DNA of 63,589 nt, filler included, from Reticulomyxa filosa (GCA_000512085.1; 15 parts of 15 records of this genome joined end to end with filler, not necessarily neighbours in it); one strand, 5' to 3'. Shown: positions 1 through 13,102, numbered from the whole stretch's first letter. Notes: generated by a model not told the origin, from the sequence alone. Translations and numbers: made by a program.

Positions 1-187
1 TTTTATCCTGTTCCCTTTTCGCTTTCCAAAAAAAAAAAAAAAAAAAAACGGTAACTTGTTTAACGTCTTGGTCGTCTTTCAAAGAATCGTTAATCTCTTG
101 TGATTGGTCAGGGTCCTCCTGCTCTTGTGGTTGACCAGGGTTGTTGCCCTTCCAACATTTCAACACAGAATAATCTCCAGGCATCAT
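1..187 (-). CDS. First exon(s) of an unknown gene running off the window (MMPGDYSVLKCWKGNNPGQPQEQEDPDQ...)
   Basis: ATG at 187, 44 open codons to a CAA|GTTACC donor at 55; candidate acceptor GAACAG at 8. Confidence 0.45.
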   Translation of the reverse strand, partial: MMPGDYSVLKCWKGNNPGQPQEQEDPDQSQEINDSLKDDQDVKQVTVFFFFFFWKAKREQDK

Positions 188-1338
188 TTGAGTAAAATGT
201 AGCTTGCTACAACTACCAAAAGAAAAAAAGCCAAACCAGAACAAAAACGAATAAAAAGAAAACAAACAAAAACAGTTTTTTTTTTGACGCACCCTTTTCT
301 GAAGAAAAAGACTATTTCAAACAGAAAAAAGTTTTTAATTTGGTGGAATACATATGTATCTCTGCAGTCTATACTAAAGAAATAGAAAAGTATTGTTGAC
401 TACAAAATCCAGAGACCGATTGAAAAAAAGGAGTAGTTGGTGTTTCTACAGTTATTTGAAAAAATTATTATATCGTTTTGTGAGTCAGCAGAATTTGAAT
501 TTGTGGTCCCTTTTATTTATAAATTACAGAGCTCCGTCTTATTTCGTACTGTTGTCTTTTTTCGTCCTTTTAGTACAAATGGCAATATTCTTAACAATAT
601 TCAACAGACAAGCTGAAATTGAGTCCTGTTAGTGCTTTGCGAAAAGAGATGTACTCACTTTTATTGATTTTAAAGTTGTAATCACACTTAAATAATTCAG
701 CGAGCCAAGGCACAGCAAGAGCGTTAAAAAGATTCCCACAAACACGGACGCGTCAGTTTTACTCGACGCATACAAGCGGTGTTCCATACAGAACAGAGAG
801 TCGCCAACTACAAAAAGTTAGTATATGCGTTTTTAGCAAGTTAACTTTGAATATCACATCCTTTTGTTTCATTGGCATTAGGAAAGACACGGTACGTACG
901 ATGGAAGTATAAATAGGTACAAAGCATATTTGAGATATAGGTGATAATTATTACCTTTTTAATGCACCTTTTTTTTAGAGTACTCCTTTTTTGAAAGTGA
1001 GGGAAAAAGGAGTCTGTTAATTTTTAGAGTCATATTAAGGAGTTGCGTTTTAAGCAATTAAATAAATAAGTATGGCATCCTGATTCTACAATTTGACCAA
1101 TCTTTTTTTCATCTGAAGAACATAATTTTGCGATTTTTTAAAAATATTCCGGACTCTCTTCTTCTATGATGAAGCCATTTTCCAAAAAAATTTTAGCTAA
1201 CTGTTTAATGTTCCAAAGTGTGACCTCCTACAGTGCATTTCCCAATTTAAGATGACCGTTTTTTTTTTTTTGCAAGTAAACATAAAAAAAAAAAAAAAAT
1301 TTGCTGTAATAAGACAAAATAGTGATAAGTTTATTTAT

Positions 1339-2337
1339 TCAAAAAGACATGAAAGCCTTTTTGTTATGGATCGGCGACTCCTTGGGCCTCCCCAAATCCT
1401 TTTTCGCACCAGGACGGACCCTGATTTCCAAAAAGGTGGGTCCGTCTCTCTTCGTCATTTCTTTGAGTGCGACTTTGATGTCTTCACTTTTGTGCACCGA
1501 TTTGCACCAGACATAGCCACAGGCCTTGGCGACCTCGGACAAGTTGCTTTGAAACCCGGTGGTGGGCTGTTGTCCCACACTGTCATGAGCCCCATTGTTT
1601 AGCAAGATGTGTCTCAAGTTGCGAGGTTTCGCAGCGCCAATGGTGGACACAATGCCCATGTGCATCAGCATCGCGCCATCGCCGTCCAAGCAAACGATGT
1701 TACGAGAGGGCTTGTTCAAGGCAATGCCTAAGGCAATGCTGGACGCATGGCCCATGGAGCCAACCATTAGTAAATCCTTGCATTCGTCTGAGTGCGGATT
1801 GTTGGGATCTTCAGCTGCCAGCAGCTGTGGTTTTTATCACAAATAAAGTAAGTCAAATAAAAAAAGTTATTATATATACATATATAATAACCTCTCTTTC
1901 TTTTTGTCGCAATTCATACAACTCTCTGCTGGTGAAACCCGTGGTGGCAATGAAAGCATCCCAAGGACTGGTGTTAGCGAGAATGAGTTGCAAGGCCTCT
2001 TCCCTGGACAAGGGATAATTGTTGTCGGCGGTGTTTTTTAGTTTGTAGGGCGTGAACGTGCGTTTGCGGACGAGGAGACAATAGGGACTGTTTCTCTGCT
2101 GGAAGTGCAATTGGGCGGCCTCGATGGCGTCTGCAATGCCCTCTTCGTAGTCGGGCAAGATCTCAAATGGAATGCCCATATCGGCTAACAGCGACGTGGT
2201 GGCCTTGCCTTGGACCATGTGTTGCGGTTCGTCTTTGCGTCCGGGTTCGCCTCGCCACCCGACCATCAGCAGTAGTGGGATCTGGCAAACCTTGCGATCG
2301 CTCAACGAGAGCAATGGATTTACTGCATTTCCCAATC
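1339..2337 (-). CDS. ppd: Phosphonopyruvate decarboxylase (ThDP-dependent), 5'-truncated by contig end; exons 2337-1892 and 1824-1339
   Basis: GLGNAVNPL, GWRGEPG-KDEPQH-QG, TTGFTSRELYE, VGSMGHASSIALG, ThDP motif DGDGA...NNGAHDSVG; the GT-AG intron 1891-1825 joins the two ORFs in frame. Confidence 0.92.
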
Positions 2338-2340
2338 CTG

Positions 2341-2381
<41 letters not shown>

Positions 2382-2481
2382 NNNNNNNNNNNNNNNNNNN
2401 NNNNNNNNNNNNNNNNNNNNNNNNNTTAATTAATTAANNNNNNNNNNNNNNNNNNNNNNNNNNNNNNNNNNNNNNNNNNNN
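2382..2481. other. Artificial contig linker N44-TTAATTAATTAA-N44; also at 12931, 23631, 26133, 27316, 30441, 33272, 35518, 41770, 44538, 55576, 57848, 60609 and 62410 (100 bp each)
   Basis: The same 100-bp spacer with stop codons in all six frames occurs 14 times. Confidence 0.99.
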
Positions 2482-4788
2482 ACGAATACGAATACGAATA
2501 CGAATACGAACACGACAACGAGCAGCAGCGGGACATTGGATGCGCATAACAAGGCGGTGAACACGACGCCAGTGGCGGACAACGGAAAGTTGGTGAGCAC
2601 GCCGACGAGCGTGGGGATGGACTGGAGCGAGGACGAGTCGTGCGTAGGCCGATATTCGCTGTCGGTGGCCATTCCGTTGGAGCACTACCAGAGATTCGTG
2701 GACATTAGTGAGGCGATCGAGCACTGGTTGGAAGTGACCGCGAGTTTGCTGCGTTATCTGTTCGCGTGGCATCGATGGAATGCAATGCATCTGCAATACA
2801 TGTGGCAACACAGTAACAACACGTCTACTACTGTTAGTCATAACCAGACAGTCAACAATGGATCGACGACGGCGACGATGACGACGATGATGATGCCTCA
2901 AGAACTGTTGCTACAGCAAAGATCTGGTCTTTATCCAAATAGTGAGTTGCTGGCACCCACAGTCTTCTCACATGATCATTGCCACGGAGAGCACTTTGGA
3001 TATCCGCACGTGCTTCTGGACAATGGCATGAGTGAGGACGACGATGTGAATATGAAAAGTCTATTGTCATCCATCGAGTTGTATCTGCCACAATCGATTG
3101 AAAAGTTTGACGTGCTGTTCAAAGCCAAACTGCCGCCTGTCATTGCCTTGAACGACACGCTGTTTGGTGGACGACTAAGTCAAGATCGCAAAGGACGACT
3201 AGCATCCATGATTTCCTCGCATTTGCAAACGGGAGGACGTACCTTGTTTGTGGGTACCAATGCGGCCGAAATCGATCGTTATATCAACACCTTTGCCCTG
3301 TTCTGCACACCTGCACAGCGTCAGTTGTCTCGTTACGCCATTGTCGTCGACCATTCCACCAGACTGTCAGACTACTATATCCCCGAGTTGTATATCCAGG
3401 GTCTCGTTGTTGATAAGGCCATGTTATTGTCTTTCCTAGATCCGTCCGACGCCAATGTTAATATCAATGCCAATGTCAATACTACTAATGTCAATGCTAA
3501 TACCAACTTTGTCGATGGCATGTCCAACAAAACGCAGTTGCAGAAAGGAAGCGACAAGAATCGCAAGACGCAAGGCCCGGCCAAGTCAAGCAAAGTCGAC
3601 AAAACGACCGAGTTCGTGATCGATCACAATCCCATTCGCTTGCTGCAAGACGACTTGTATGTTGCACCGGGTCCCACGACCTTCATCGCTATGACCACCG
3701 TGGAAATCAAGGTATCCGAGTTGTCTGTTCGTCACGGGCCTATTTCAAATGCGACTGTCGATCCTTTCGTTCCATTATTGCCGCAACAACAATCACAATC
3801 ACAATCACAATCACAATCACAATCGCCTTTGGCCACAAAGAAAAAGTCCAAACGAGAAGAGTATCGAACAGAGAGGACGAAAGAGAGACTGACGCCACGT
3901 TCACACGAATCGCCAATAGCCGCGGTAATGACGGAGAAGGAAGGTAAAGAGGGATTGTTGCCGCGTCGATCGCAGGAACTCAAAAAGACACTCTCGCGCA
4001 CAGTTTTGCGCATATTGCAAACGCTGCCACCTCACAAGTACGCTCAGGAGAAAGATCATGCATTGCAATACAAAGTCATGGCATTGCGGGCCATGTCCTA
4101 CGATCGTGCCAAGAAGTGTCCTTGTCTCACCAAACGAGACGAAAAGAAAGACAGCAAAGTGGAGTCGGAAGACACCAAGTTATCTTCTGATGACATTACT
4201 ACGACGACGACGACGACGACGACAATGAATTTGAATACACCCAAATCGGATGATCCAACAATAACGACTCATTCAAACAAAGTTGATGACATTGCGTCCA
4301 TCTCTCACACTATTAGCCATAGCAGTGCCTTCTTTCCTTGGACACAACGCTCCAGACATCATGTAATCGTGGATCCATCTCCTTCGCACTTGATTCAATA
4401 CATTGTGCTCGAGGCGTTCAGCATTCCCACGCCCTTGAAGGTCACGTTTCTCGAAACCCACTTTCGCATCCTCTTGGACAGAGCCAGCGAAGTGCTGCTT
4501 TATATCGAAAATCAACACCAGGAGCTTCTGCAGTTTTACGATAAAACCGCACATATTCGCTCGCGCTCCGATTTCACCAAAGACATACCCAAGGCCGCCG
4601 CCTACACCCAAGTCATGAAGAAATTCCGAGTGGACTTGCTCTCCGATTTGGGCATCGCGTCGGAGGAAGACTTCCTCGTTCTTTTGTCCATTGCCGAACA
4701 TTTCAGACCAAATTTGTATTTTTTGGTTTATTTGAATCCTCTTTTGGAACAGGATGTCGAGGATATCTTCAAATATTTTCTGCTTTAA
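2482..4788 (+). CDS. C9orf72: C9orf72-like DENN-related protein, long 3' exon with low-complexity insertions; open from the contig edge
   Basis: SSHLQTGGRTLFVG, FCTPAQRQLSR, YIPELYIQGL, APGPTTFI and DLGIASEEDFLVLLSIAEHFRPNL parallel C9orf72 SSHLQTCGCSVVVG, FLTPAERKCSR, YESGLFVQGL, APYPTTHI and DLTAEGDLNIIMALAEKIKPGL. Confidence 0.85.
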   Translation, partial: TNTNTNTNTNTTTSSSGTLDAHNKAVNTTPVADNGKLVSTPTSVGMDWSEDESCVGRYSLSVAIPLEHYQRFVDISEAIEHWLEVTASLLRYLFAWHRWNAMHLQYMWQHSNNTSTTVSHNQTVNNGSTTATMTTMMMPQELLLQQRSGLYPNSELLAPTVFSHDHCHGEHFGYPHVLLDNGMSEDDDVNMKSLLSSIELYLPQSIEKFDVLFKAKLPPVIALNDTLFGGRLSQDRKGRLASMISSHLQTGGRTLFVGTNAAEIDRYINTFALFCTPAQRQLSRYAIVVDHSTRLSDYYIPELYIQGLVVDKAMLLSFLDPSDANVNINANVNTTNVNANTNFVDGMSNKTQLQKGSDKNRKTQGPAKSSKVDKTTEFVIDHNPIRLLQDDLYVAPGPTTFIAMTTVEIKVSELSVRHGPISNATVDPFVPLLPQQQSQSQSQSQSQSPLATKKKSKREEYRTERTKERLTPRSHESPIAAVMTEKEGKEGLLPRRSQELKKTLSRTVLRILQTLPPHKYAQEKDHALQYKVMALRAMSYDRAKKCPCLTKRDEKKDSKVESEDTKLSSDDITTTTTTTTTMNLNTPKSDDPTITTHSNKVDDIASISHTISHSSAFFPWTQRSRHHVIVDPSPSHLIQYIVLEAFSIPTPLKVTFLETHFRILLDRASEVLLYIENQHQELLQFYDKTAHIRSRSDFTKDIPKAAAYTQVMKKFRVDLLSDLGIASEEDFLVLLSIAEHFRPNLYFLVYLNPLLEQDVEDIFKYFLL

Positions 4789-5189
4789 TTCTTGGTCTTT
4801 TTGTTTTCTTTTGTTCTATTTCCTTTGTTCTTTTTTTTTTGTTTTGTTTAAATAATTCTAGTGTTCAGTAGTCTATTTGTGTGGCCGACAAAGTGAAAGA
4901 TAGAAAGAAACATGACAACTTGCTACTTCTTGACCGGCTTTAGTAACAAACATTGAAAATAATGTATTTGTGAGAGTTGTTGGGTCTGTTGATTTTTTTT
5001 TTTCTCAATTATTTCAAACATTTTTATTTTCTTAATCTCACAGCCAATTCATAGCTTTAGGACAAGAAAAAACTTTCCACAAATCGAGTTATTGCACTTT
5101 CTTTTAACTTAACGACAACTACAAATAGCAACAATAGGGACGATAACAAAAAAGCTCACAATTTCAACAACCAGGCAACAAAACAAAAA

Positions 5190-8100
5190 ATGAGAAAAGC
5201 TCGGAGACAAAGAAAGAGCATATCTAATACTGAATTACCTCTAGGCTCTGCTAGTGATCCCAATAAAGGTGAAAAATGGACAAAAGTTTTTTCCTCCTGA
5301 AACAATAAAAAAAATAAACACAGACGAAAGTGCCCCAGGAAGTCAACAATACGCAGATTTGGGTAACAACGATGACGAAGCAGAGAAAAAGAGGTATTTT
5401 ATTAAATCTTTGACGCTCTTGTTTGGTTCAGACAGACAACCGAAACGAATATAATTCAAAGAATCGCTCTCAAATTCGTCGAAGAAACATAGTCCGTCGC
5501 GCACCGATCAAAACAGGGACTGGTGTAAATGGTCCGTTTTTAAATCTGAGCGCCCGTCAAGGAGCCTTTCAATTGGATAACTTGACAAACGGACAGTTGG
5601 CAGATATGTACTCGAAATGTGTCCAATTATCGCAACATGGGAAAATCAATCAAAAAAATGCTTGGAGTTTGCAATTAGTGGATTATATCAATAATATCAT
5701 CGAATTGGACGAGCAAACTAATTTTACCAAAGCGTCTCACACTCTTGATGCCGCTTCTAAGATTTATAGCTCACGTGTAGATTCCGTGCACCAAGACATT
5801 TTCAAGACTTTGGGAACCTTTCATCAAACAGATGCAGTTGAGTTTCTCCCTATTGTCTAAACGAAGTACAATTTTTGTTTTTTGTTTGCAACCATTCAAT
5901 TTCATTGATCGATATTTAATCCTTTTTTTTTTTGATTGGTTGCAAAAAACACTTTTCTTTTCTTAAGTGTAAAACGTTAAAAACTTAACGTACCAAAAGT
6001 ATTTAAAAAATAAAAAAGAGTGGAAATGAGAATGCAATGCCGGCAGACGAAACAGCAGCCATTCATCAAAAAGAAGAGCGAAAATTGCGAAATCGCAATG
6101 TGGGGAAAAGCACTATTGCTGCAAGCGAAGATGCGATCACTGAAACATTAAAAAGCTTGGTGGTGAAAGTAGACCCTTTGTTCCACAAAACCGCGACGGC
6201 ATTCGACGATGGTGGGGCCAAAGGATTACTGATGAATCAACTGTATGTCCAAAATGGGTGCCAAATTGTCTTTGATGGCACCACCCTTTTGGAACAGAAT
6301 GATCTTTATTCGCTAAGGGGCTCTGTGACTGAGGTAGGTACGGCATCGTTTTTTATTTTGTTTTTCCACACATTTTTTTTTTATGTGCCAATTGTAGATA
6401 ATTCAAAGTATAGAATCAAACACGAAAAAAAATGTTGGACAGTCAATGGAAGAAAGAGACTTGGAAAAACAATGGACAAAAGAACTGGCTTACCGTACAT
6501 TTGGAATGACACGTGAACAATCCAAAGCGATTGTTACTGGAGAGAGTCGATATTCTGAAAGTTTTAATTTCGACCAGACCGATTTGACCTGGGCTCCAGC
6601 CGCTCCGTTGTGTCCATTACTTGAACGTTTTGAAATGAATATTCGTAAACTTAGCAAAGATACACGACTAAAAGATTATCAAAAAGAGTTGGAAAGCTCT
6701 GGTTCATTATTGTATCACTAAATAAAAATAATTTTTTTTTGTCACAACAATATTTCGCGTAGAAAAGATTTGAACACGCCTGCCTTTTTTTTTTATGTGC
6801 TTTGACTTTAAATCATTAGCAAACGATCAAACGAAGAGACAAGAAGGAGGAAATGGCGATAATGAGGAAATTGATAGTGATGCCGAAACAGTGACAACAA
6901 GAAGGGATTCAATAGCAAATGTATTCGTCCCTTTGAAAGTTCCTCAAGATGCCTTTGATCATCTCAACTTGAATGCAACACAGGTGTTTAATGACGAATT
7001 GGATGATGTGCAGCATAAAAACATAACCAATGATTTGGGCAGCGTTGAAAACAAAGACATGAGTGTAAAGATAGGCAGTAATCAGAAAGTGGTTGATGGA
7101 ATAAAAACGAACGCATTTCCAATCCAAATTAGACGCTCTGGTAAGGCCAATTGATTTTTTCCCTCTTGTCTCGGGGCATCTAGACATTGCTTTTTTGTTC
7201 TTTCAAAGAAACTCAGCCCTTCACAGACTCCAAACCAAATTCGTCAAAGTTTTCGAATTTGACCTTGATGAATCAGTTCATTCAAAATTTGGAAAATCGA
7301 GATATTGAAAATGTCACAATGCTATTTGATGCAAAGAAAGATGGCAATTGGAGAGGGCCAGACCAATGGTATCATCGAAGATACCAATTGACAATTGATC
7401 GCCAAAAAAAGCAACTAACCAACACCGAAGTTTTGTTGTTCTTGCTACTTTATAAAAAAAAACAAAAAGACGTGTCCAAACGGGGCTGATCATTAGGACT
7501 TCAAAACACCAAGAAAAGACAAAACAGTGGCAGAAGAAGACAATGACGGATCAAGTACCAAGAAAAAAAGTGGAAAATCTTCCAAATCGAAAGAATCAAA
7601 GTTTGTCGATTTTTTGATTATCGGATCCGGAAAATTTACTTCCAACAAAGAGCTCGAATCAACAAAAAATGACAATTGTCTAACAGAAAAAGTACTCCGA
7701 GCAAACAAACATAAGGCCCATTTGCTCCCCATCGATTTCCACATCAAACCGGATATGTTCATTAAAATGTTCATCAAACCGAACTACAGTGTTTGGAGGC
7801 ATTGGCACAAGACATCTCACGTATAACAACTTTTTTTTTTTGTCTCTATGCTCCTACTTTGATTGAAAAATAGCATCAATATTTGTCTTCTTTTGGAAAT
7901 AAACATAAAAAGGCATTCGCGCGGGGAATAGACTCCAAACAAGCCCATCTGCTTGATTCTGCTTACAATATTGGACTAGACGAGGATGATAAAAATGCAG
8001 ATTTGTACTGGCAAGATGTCGATTCCAATCATCAAATCAATACCACAGCAGGCTATGATTTGCTCCAATCAGAATGCATTAGCGAGTTTGATATGATTGA

Positions 8101-8614
8101 AGCACCTGCTCAAGTCAACAAAGTTACCCTTGATTTTGCGACTAAAGCGAAGAAAGTAGACGTAAGAAAGTTGAAACAATGCTTGTGGGAACAAATTACT
8201 AGTGATAACACAGGCAAGTGATTTTGTATTTGCATACATATGTCATCCTTTTGTGTGCGAGCGTGTGCACAATAAACATAACAAGACAATTTGACTGCAG
8301 ATCATGTAACCGAAAAAGAAGCAGCAAAGACAATAGCCACCACCTCTGTTCTCAGCTCCAAATCAAACACATTTATGAACTCAATGGAAGGGCTCAGCAA
8401 AAATATTGATACCAAAGAATTATCCAATCTTTCTGTGCCATTTTGTTTCATATGCTTGTTGCATTTAGCAAATGAACAAAATTTGGTCCTTGCAGAAAAC
8501 GAAAATGAACCAAACGGAAATTTTTTCATTCAAGTTATGTCAACTTTATGCTGTCTCTTAGTTCTTCTTTACAAAGAATATCTAAAAATCATACAATAGA
8601 CTGAATCGTCGTAA
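5190..8614 (+). CDS. NCAPH: Condensin I kleisin subunit (CAP-H/barren/Brn1), multi-exon
   Basis: NDDEAEK; KINQKNAWSLQLVDY; NFTKASHTLDAASKIYSSRVDSVH; VDPLFHKTATAFDDGGAKGLLMN; AKKVDVRKLK; LSVPFCFICLLHLANEQNL. Confidence 0.93.
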
Positions 8615-9027
8615 ACAAGGAAATGTTCGTAAAAAATGTTGGAAATATGACCCTTGCTGAGGGTACTTTGAAGACAGATTTTGAATAATTTCACGTCGTT
8701 CACAGTGTAATGTGCTTAAATTTTCAAACAGATTCTTTTAATAATACTTGAGTAATGCTGTTAAAAGTAATTGCAGGCAATTACAATTATAAATTTCTCT
8801 TGTCTAGGCATGGCACTTCAAAAATGATTTCAGAATAAATATTTAGATAAAAAAAATTATTATTTATACATTAACAACAAGAAAAGAAATGCAACATGTC
8901 ACAATAATATAAGATTCGGCTGGCACTTTCAAATCTTGTTTCGAACGTGAAAACGTTACGTCTTTGTTGGTTTAGACCAAAAAAATACTTCAAAAATTCC
9001 TCCTTCAGCGGTCAGTGCTGGAGGAGA

Positions 9028-12000
9028 ATGGATCAAAATGGTTGTAAACCAAAGCCCCCTAATCCCTTTCAATTTGTAGAACCTATCTTGGTTTCTCGAG
9101 CATTTAGTAATAATACAGACACAAGTGACGACCTTCGCAGTGGAATATTAGCATCTGATAATGAGAATATATTCCCTCAAGGACGTGACAAGCAAGCGTG
9201 GAACCGATCCAAAAAATATTTGCGCTCAAAGAAATTTTTAAATGAGGACAATATATCAGAGGGTACTTTTGCGTCTGTACGAAACTCATTACCTCAAGAT
9301 AATTCCAACGAGCATGACATCACTAAGACAGTTTTTCTTCTGTCTATCCCTTTGTCTCGTTTTTTGAAAAGTGTATATGACAAATTTTTTTTTTTAAAAA
9401 GAGTGAACTTGAGCAATGGCTGGAGTCTTTTGGAAAGGCCCTGCAACAGTTGCAAAATACATTTACGACAATTCCACCGCATTTATTGACCCATTCGAAT
9501 GTGTTACAATTGTCAAGAAAAACAATTCTCTCGAATTTAGACATCCCATCCACCGCCGCCATGGCTCACTCGCTCCCATCACTCCACGACAGAGAAGAAG
9601 AAGAAGAAGAAGAAGAGGAGGAGCAGGACGAAGAAGAAAAGAGAGAAACAAATCACGGTGAAATGGACGAGCCAAATATGGACAATAAACCTTTGCATGA
9701 GAATGTCCATGACCGCCACTATAACGGCACTTCCAAATGTAATTTGATCTCATCGCCCCAAAATGACAAAGTCAAATAGCTAACACATTTTTGTGTATAT
9801 ATTTATTTGTTTGTTTTGTTTGCGTGTGCTTTGCACAATTGCCAATCTGTGTTGTGTTGTGTTGTGTTTGACAATGGCTGAAACATGGAAATGACCGCGA
9901 CCTTGCAGACGTGTACAAATCAGTCGAGCAATTGTGACAAATGGGAAGACTCGTCGGTATCTTGCAATGGCTCAGTGATGACGCAGTTGACGTTGAAACC
10001 TGACCAATCCATTTGCAATGTAACGACAAGCACTGCAATGCCCTCGCAAGCGTTGCACCATTCAGCAACGACAACAAGTCAGTCTGTCGTGGACAGCAAT
10101 GAACGCAATGTATCCAACTGTGCAAATGGCTCGCTGCAAATGTTGGAAAAAAACCAAGCAAAGCATGTGCAAATCGAAAGCTGCCTGTCGATAAAAACCA
10201 GTCCGAGACATTTCAATTTCAAATGCGAGACCCACTGCAAGACTTTGAAACTAAGGCCGGCGAACTATCTGTTAGTTCGCAAGCGCCAAAACCTCCGTCC
10301 ACTTGTGCCTTCAAGCCTCTGGGTCATATTGGTTCAGGTTAGTTTTCCTTTTTTTTTTTCTTCAAAGATCAAGATCAAGATTAAGATACATATAACCCCT
10401 TTTTTTTTTTTTGAATAAAATAAAAAATAGACGACGAGGAAAGCCACGACCCACAGCCCCCAAGCGATATGGAAGTATTCGAGGAAATGCAGTGGGATCG
10501 CTGCGCAGAACTGGACACGTACACGACCGAAGAGGAAGACTGGACTCGTTTGAAAAGAAGCGCACTGTCAAAGCCAAGAGACATTGACAACGACGGACAT
10601 AAGAAATGGAAGACACTGACACAACATGGCAATGGATACTTGTCTCATAATCATTGGATTGACAACAGCAACAATAGCGGCGGCAAACTCAGAGAGCATT
10701 TTTTCCACTCCAGCGTGCTTGCCGAAAAAATGCGCAAACAGGTTTGGAAAAATTACAACGACGGTGGAACCGATGATGATCGACTGTCATTGTCGAGCTG
10801 TCAAGGCGTTCCATCGTATCACAAACACGTGAAAGACTCACTGGAGGCAATGCCATTGTTGGTCAATAGCAACACAAACACAATCGGCCATGCAAATGCA
10901 AATGCAAATACGACCTCTTTGGAGATTCGTTCGTTTGATTCTGGTTCTGCAAAGGCCATGCCAAGTGCTGCGAAGAATCAACTCTTGATCACTACCCCGT
11001 CTCCGCGGCCACTGAAAGTCGCCAACGAAGACAATGCCACGGAGACCGTCGCCAATGGTAACCCTTGCGTGAAAAAACAGATTGTTGATTCCAAAATCGG
11101 ACGACGAGTCGAATATGCCAACTCCGGACATGCTCAACATCCCATTCCCGTTTGCAACGCAAGTCACAACCTGCCTCCACCAGCGTTCTTCAATGCGCAC
11201 GGCTCGACGCCCGATCTCCAACTGCTTTCTGCACGTGTTGTTGGAAAAGGCAACGGCACAGGAATAGGGATAGGGATTGGGACAGGGATTGGGACAGGGA
11301 TTGGGACAGGGACAGGGATTGAGACAGGGACAGGGACAGGGACAGAAGCAACGACAGACAATGATGAAATCAGCAGCATTGCCAGCAGCATGCACGAAGG
11401 AGCTGTGGTGTCGCGCATGCAGGCAGTGCGTCGAACTATTTTGTTGGAGCAACAAAGGATGAGAGAAAAAAATCATCGTCGCTACGGCAGTATCAATCAC
11501 CAATGTTCAACGGACAGTCCTCGCCAATCAATTGAGATGGCTGATAAAAATGCCATTAAACAAAGAACTAGCCACTCCTTGGATCGTAATGAAAAACCGT
11601 CGGCCACAATCAGTGGGAAGTTGCAGCGCAAAGCCACGCCGATGACTCCATTACCTTTTATGTCCGCTTCTGCGACCGTCTCTGTCCATGCCTCTGTCGC
11701 CATCACACATCCGAATTCTCACAAAAAAAACAAAACGAAGACAAAGGTCTATTCGAAACGCGAAGCGGTGATGCTCCCACTCTTGGACACAAAATTAAAA
11801 GAAAAGCATATGCGAAGCGAAACAGACACACGCAAAGAAGCCACGTCCATGGAATTTTTGCCCACTACTGACTCGATATGGAATCAACTTCGAGACAATG
11901 CACTGACAAATTCCATCAAAGACATGCCATTCGACAAAGCACGTATGGTTACTTGTGACCAAAACAGATCATAAACTAATATACACATATATGTACATAT

Positions 12001-12829
12001 GTATGTATACATACGCATATAATAGAAACAGTCAAAAGCTTAAAACGAGAAAAATCCAAAGACCACAGCGATGAGGACATTGCTGTTTTTTCGTTAGCAA
12101 ATCAAGATGAGCAAGTACTTCCCCCAAATTTTCTTAAACGCTCTAGTGTCCCATTAAACACAAGCGAAACGACGAATTCTTTCTTACAAATTCCTCCCAT
12201 TCCCTGCCAAATTGACGTTGTAAATAATACTTTTGAAAGAAAGATTGGCATTGATAACCAAACAAAAGAAAGAGGCAATTTGGCAAAAAGCGTTGGGGAC
12301 GTTCCTCGGACAGGTATGTTACTTTTGTATATAGGGAAGAAAAGAGCAACTCTGCCTTCTCATTTTCGTTTTTTATGTGGACAATATAATAGAGCCCATT
12401 CATTTCAATAGTCTTACAAACTTTTTAAGTGTATTACCGAAACATAAAACGAGTTGTCAAGACATCAATATTAATGAACCAGCTTTGAATAATCTTTGCA
12501 ATTGGGACAACAGTCATAAAGAATGTATATCGAATTTGAAACGTTTGTTTTCAAATAACAGTATGGGCCAGTTTTCAAACGAAGAATTAGATGAATGTTT
12601 GAGCTTTTTGGTTACTGTCCAAAACCTGATCATTAAAGAAAAATTGCTACGAAATTGTGTGATTTGTTACAATTGCAACAATTTCCGTAAAAAGGTCATT
12701 TTTATACCTTGCCGACATCAAACTGTTTGCGTGTACTGTTATCAAAAGAAACAACTTGGCCAGAGTGGAACCAGATGTCCAACATGCAATCATGTCATTG
12801 AAACCACTATTGTGCCCTTCACCAGGTGA
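9028..12829 (+). CDS. Large low-complexity protein with C-terminal RING-HC finger (putative E3 ligase), multi-exon
   Basis: Exons linked by GT-AG introns (9331-9401, 10338-10430 and others); C-terminal CVIC...IPCRHQTVCVYC...CPTC. Confidence 0.7.
11252..11346 (+). repeat. Coding hexamer repeat (GGGACA/GGGATT)n encoding Gly-Thr/Gly-Ile
   Basis: Directly visible tandem repeat inside ORF 10469-11974. Confidence 0.9.
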
Positions 12830-13102
12830 TGCAAACAATCTCAAAAGGATCATTCAAGAGTAGTAACTGAAAAGGATATCTCTTGCAAGTTGTTGCACAC
12901 TGTTTGATAAAAAGGTCTTTTTTTTTTTTTNNNNNNNNNNNNNNNNNNNNNNNNNNNNNNNNNNNNNNNNNNNNTTAATTAATTAANNNNNNNNNNNNNN
13001 NNNNNNNNNNNNNNNNNNNNNNNNNNNNNNTCAATTACTTTTGTAACTTTTGGTCGTTACAAAATCTTATGTTATTCTTTTTTTTATTTTTCTTTTTGAG
13101 TA

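Noticed and set aside
982-1013. 10-bp inverted repeat ACTCCTTTTT...AAAAAGGAGT
   Set aside because: Half homopolymer, no TSD or second copy; no support for a MITE or terminator
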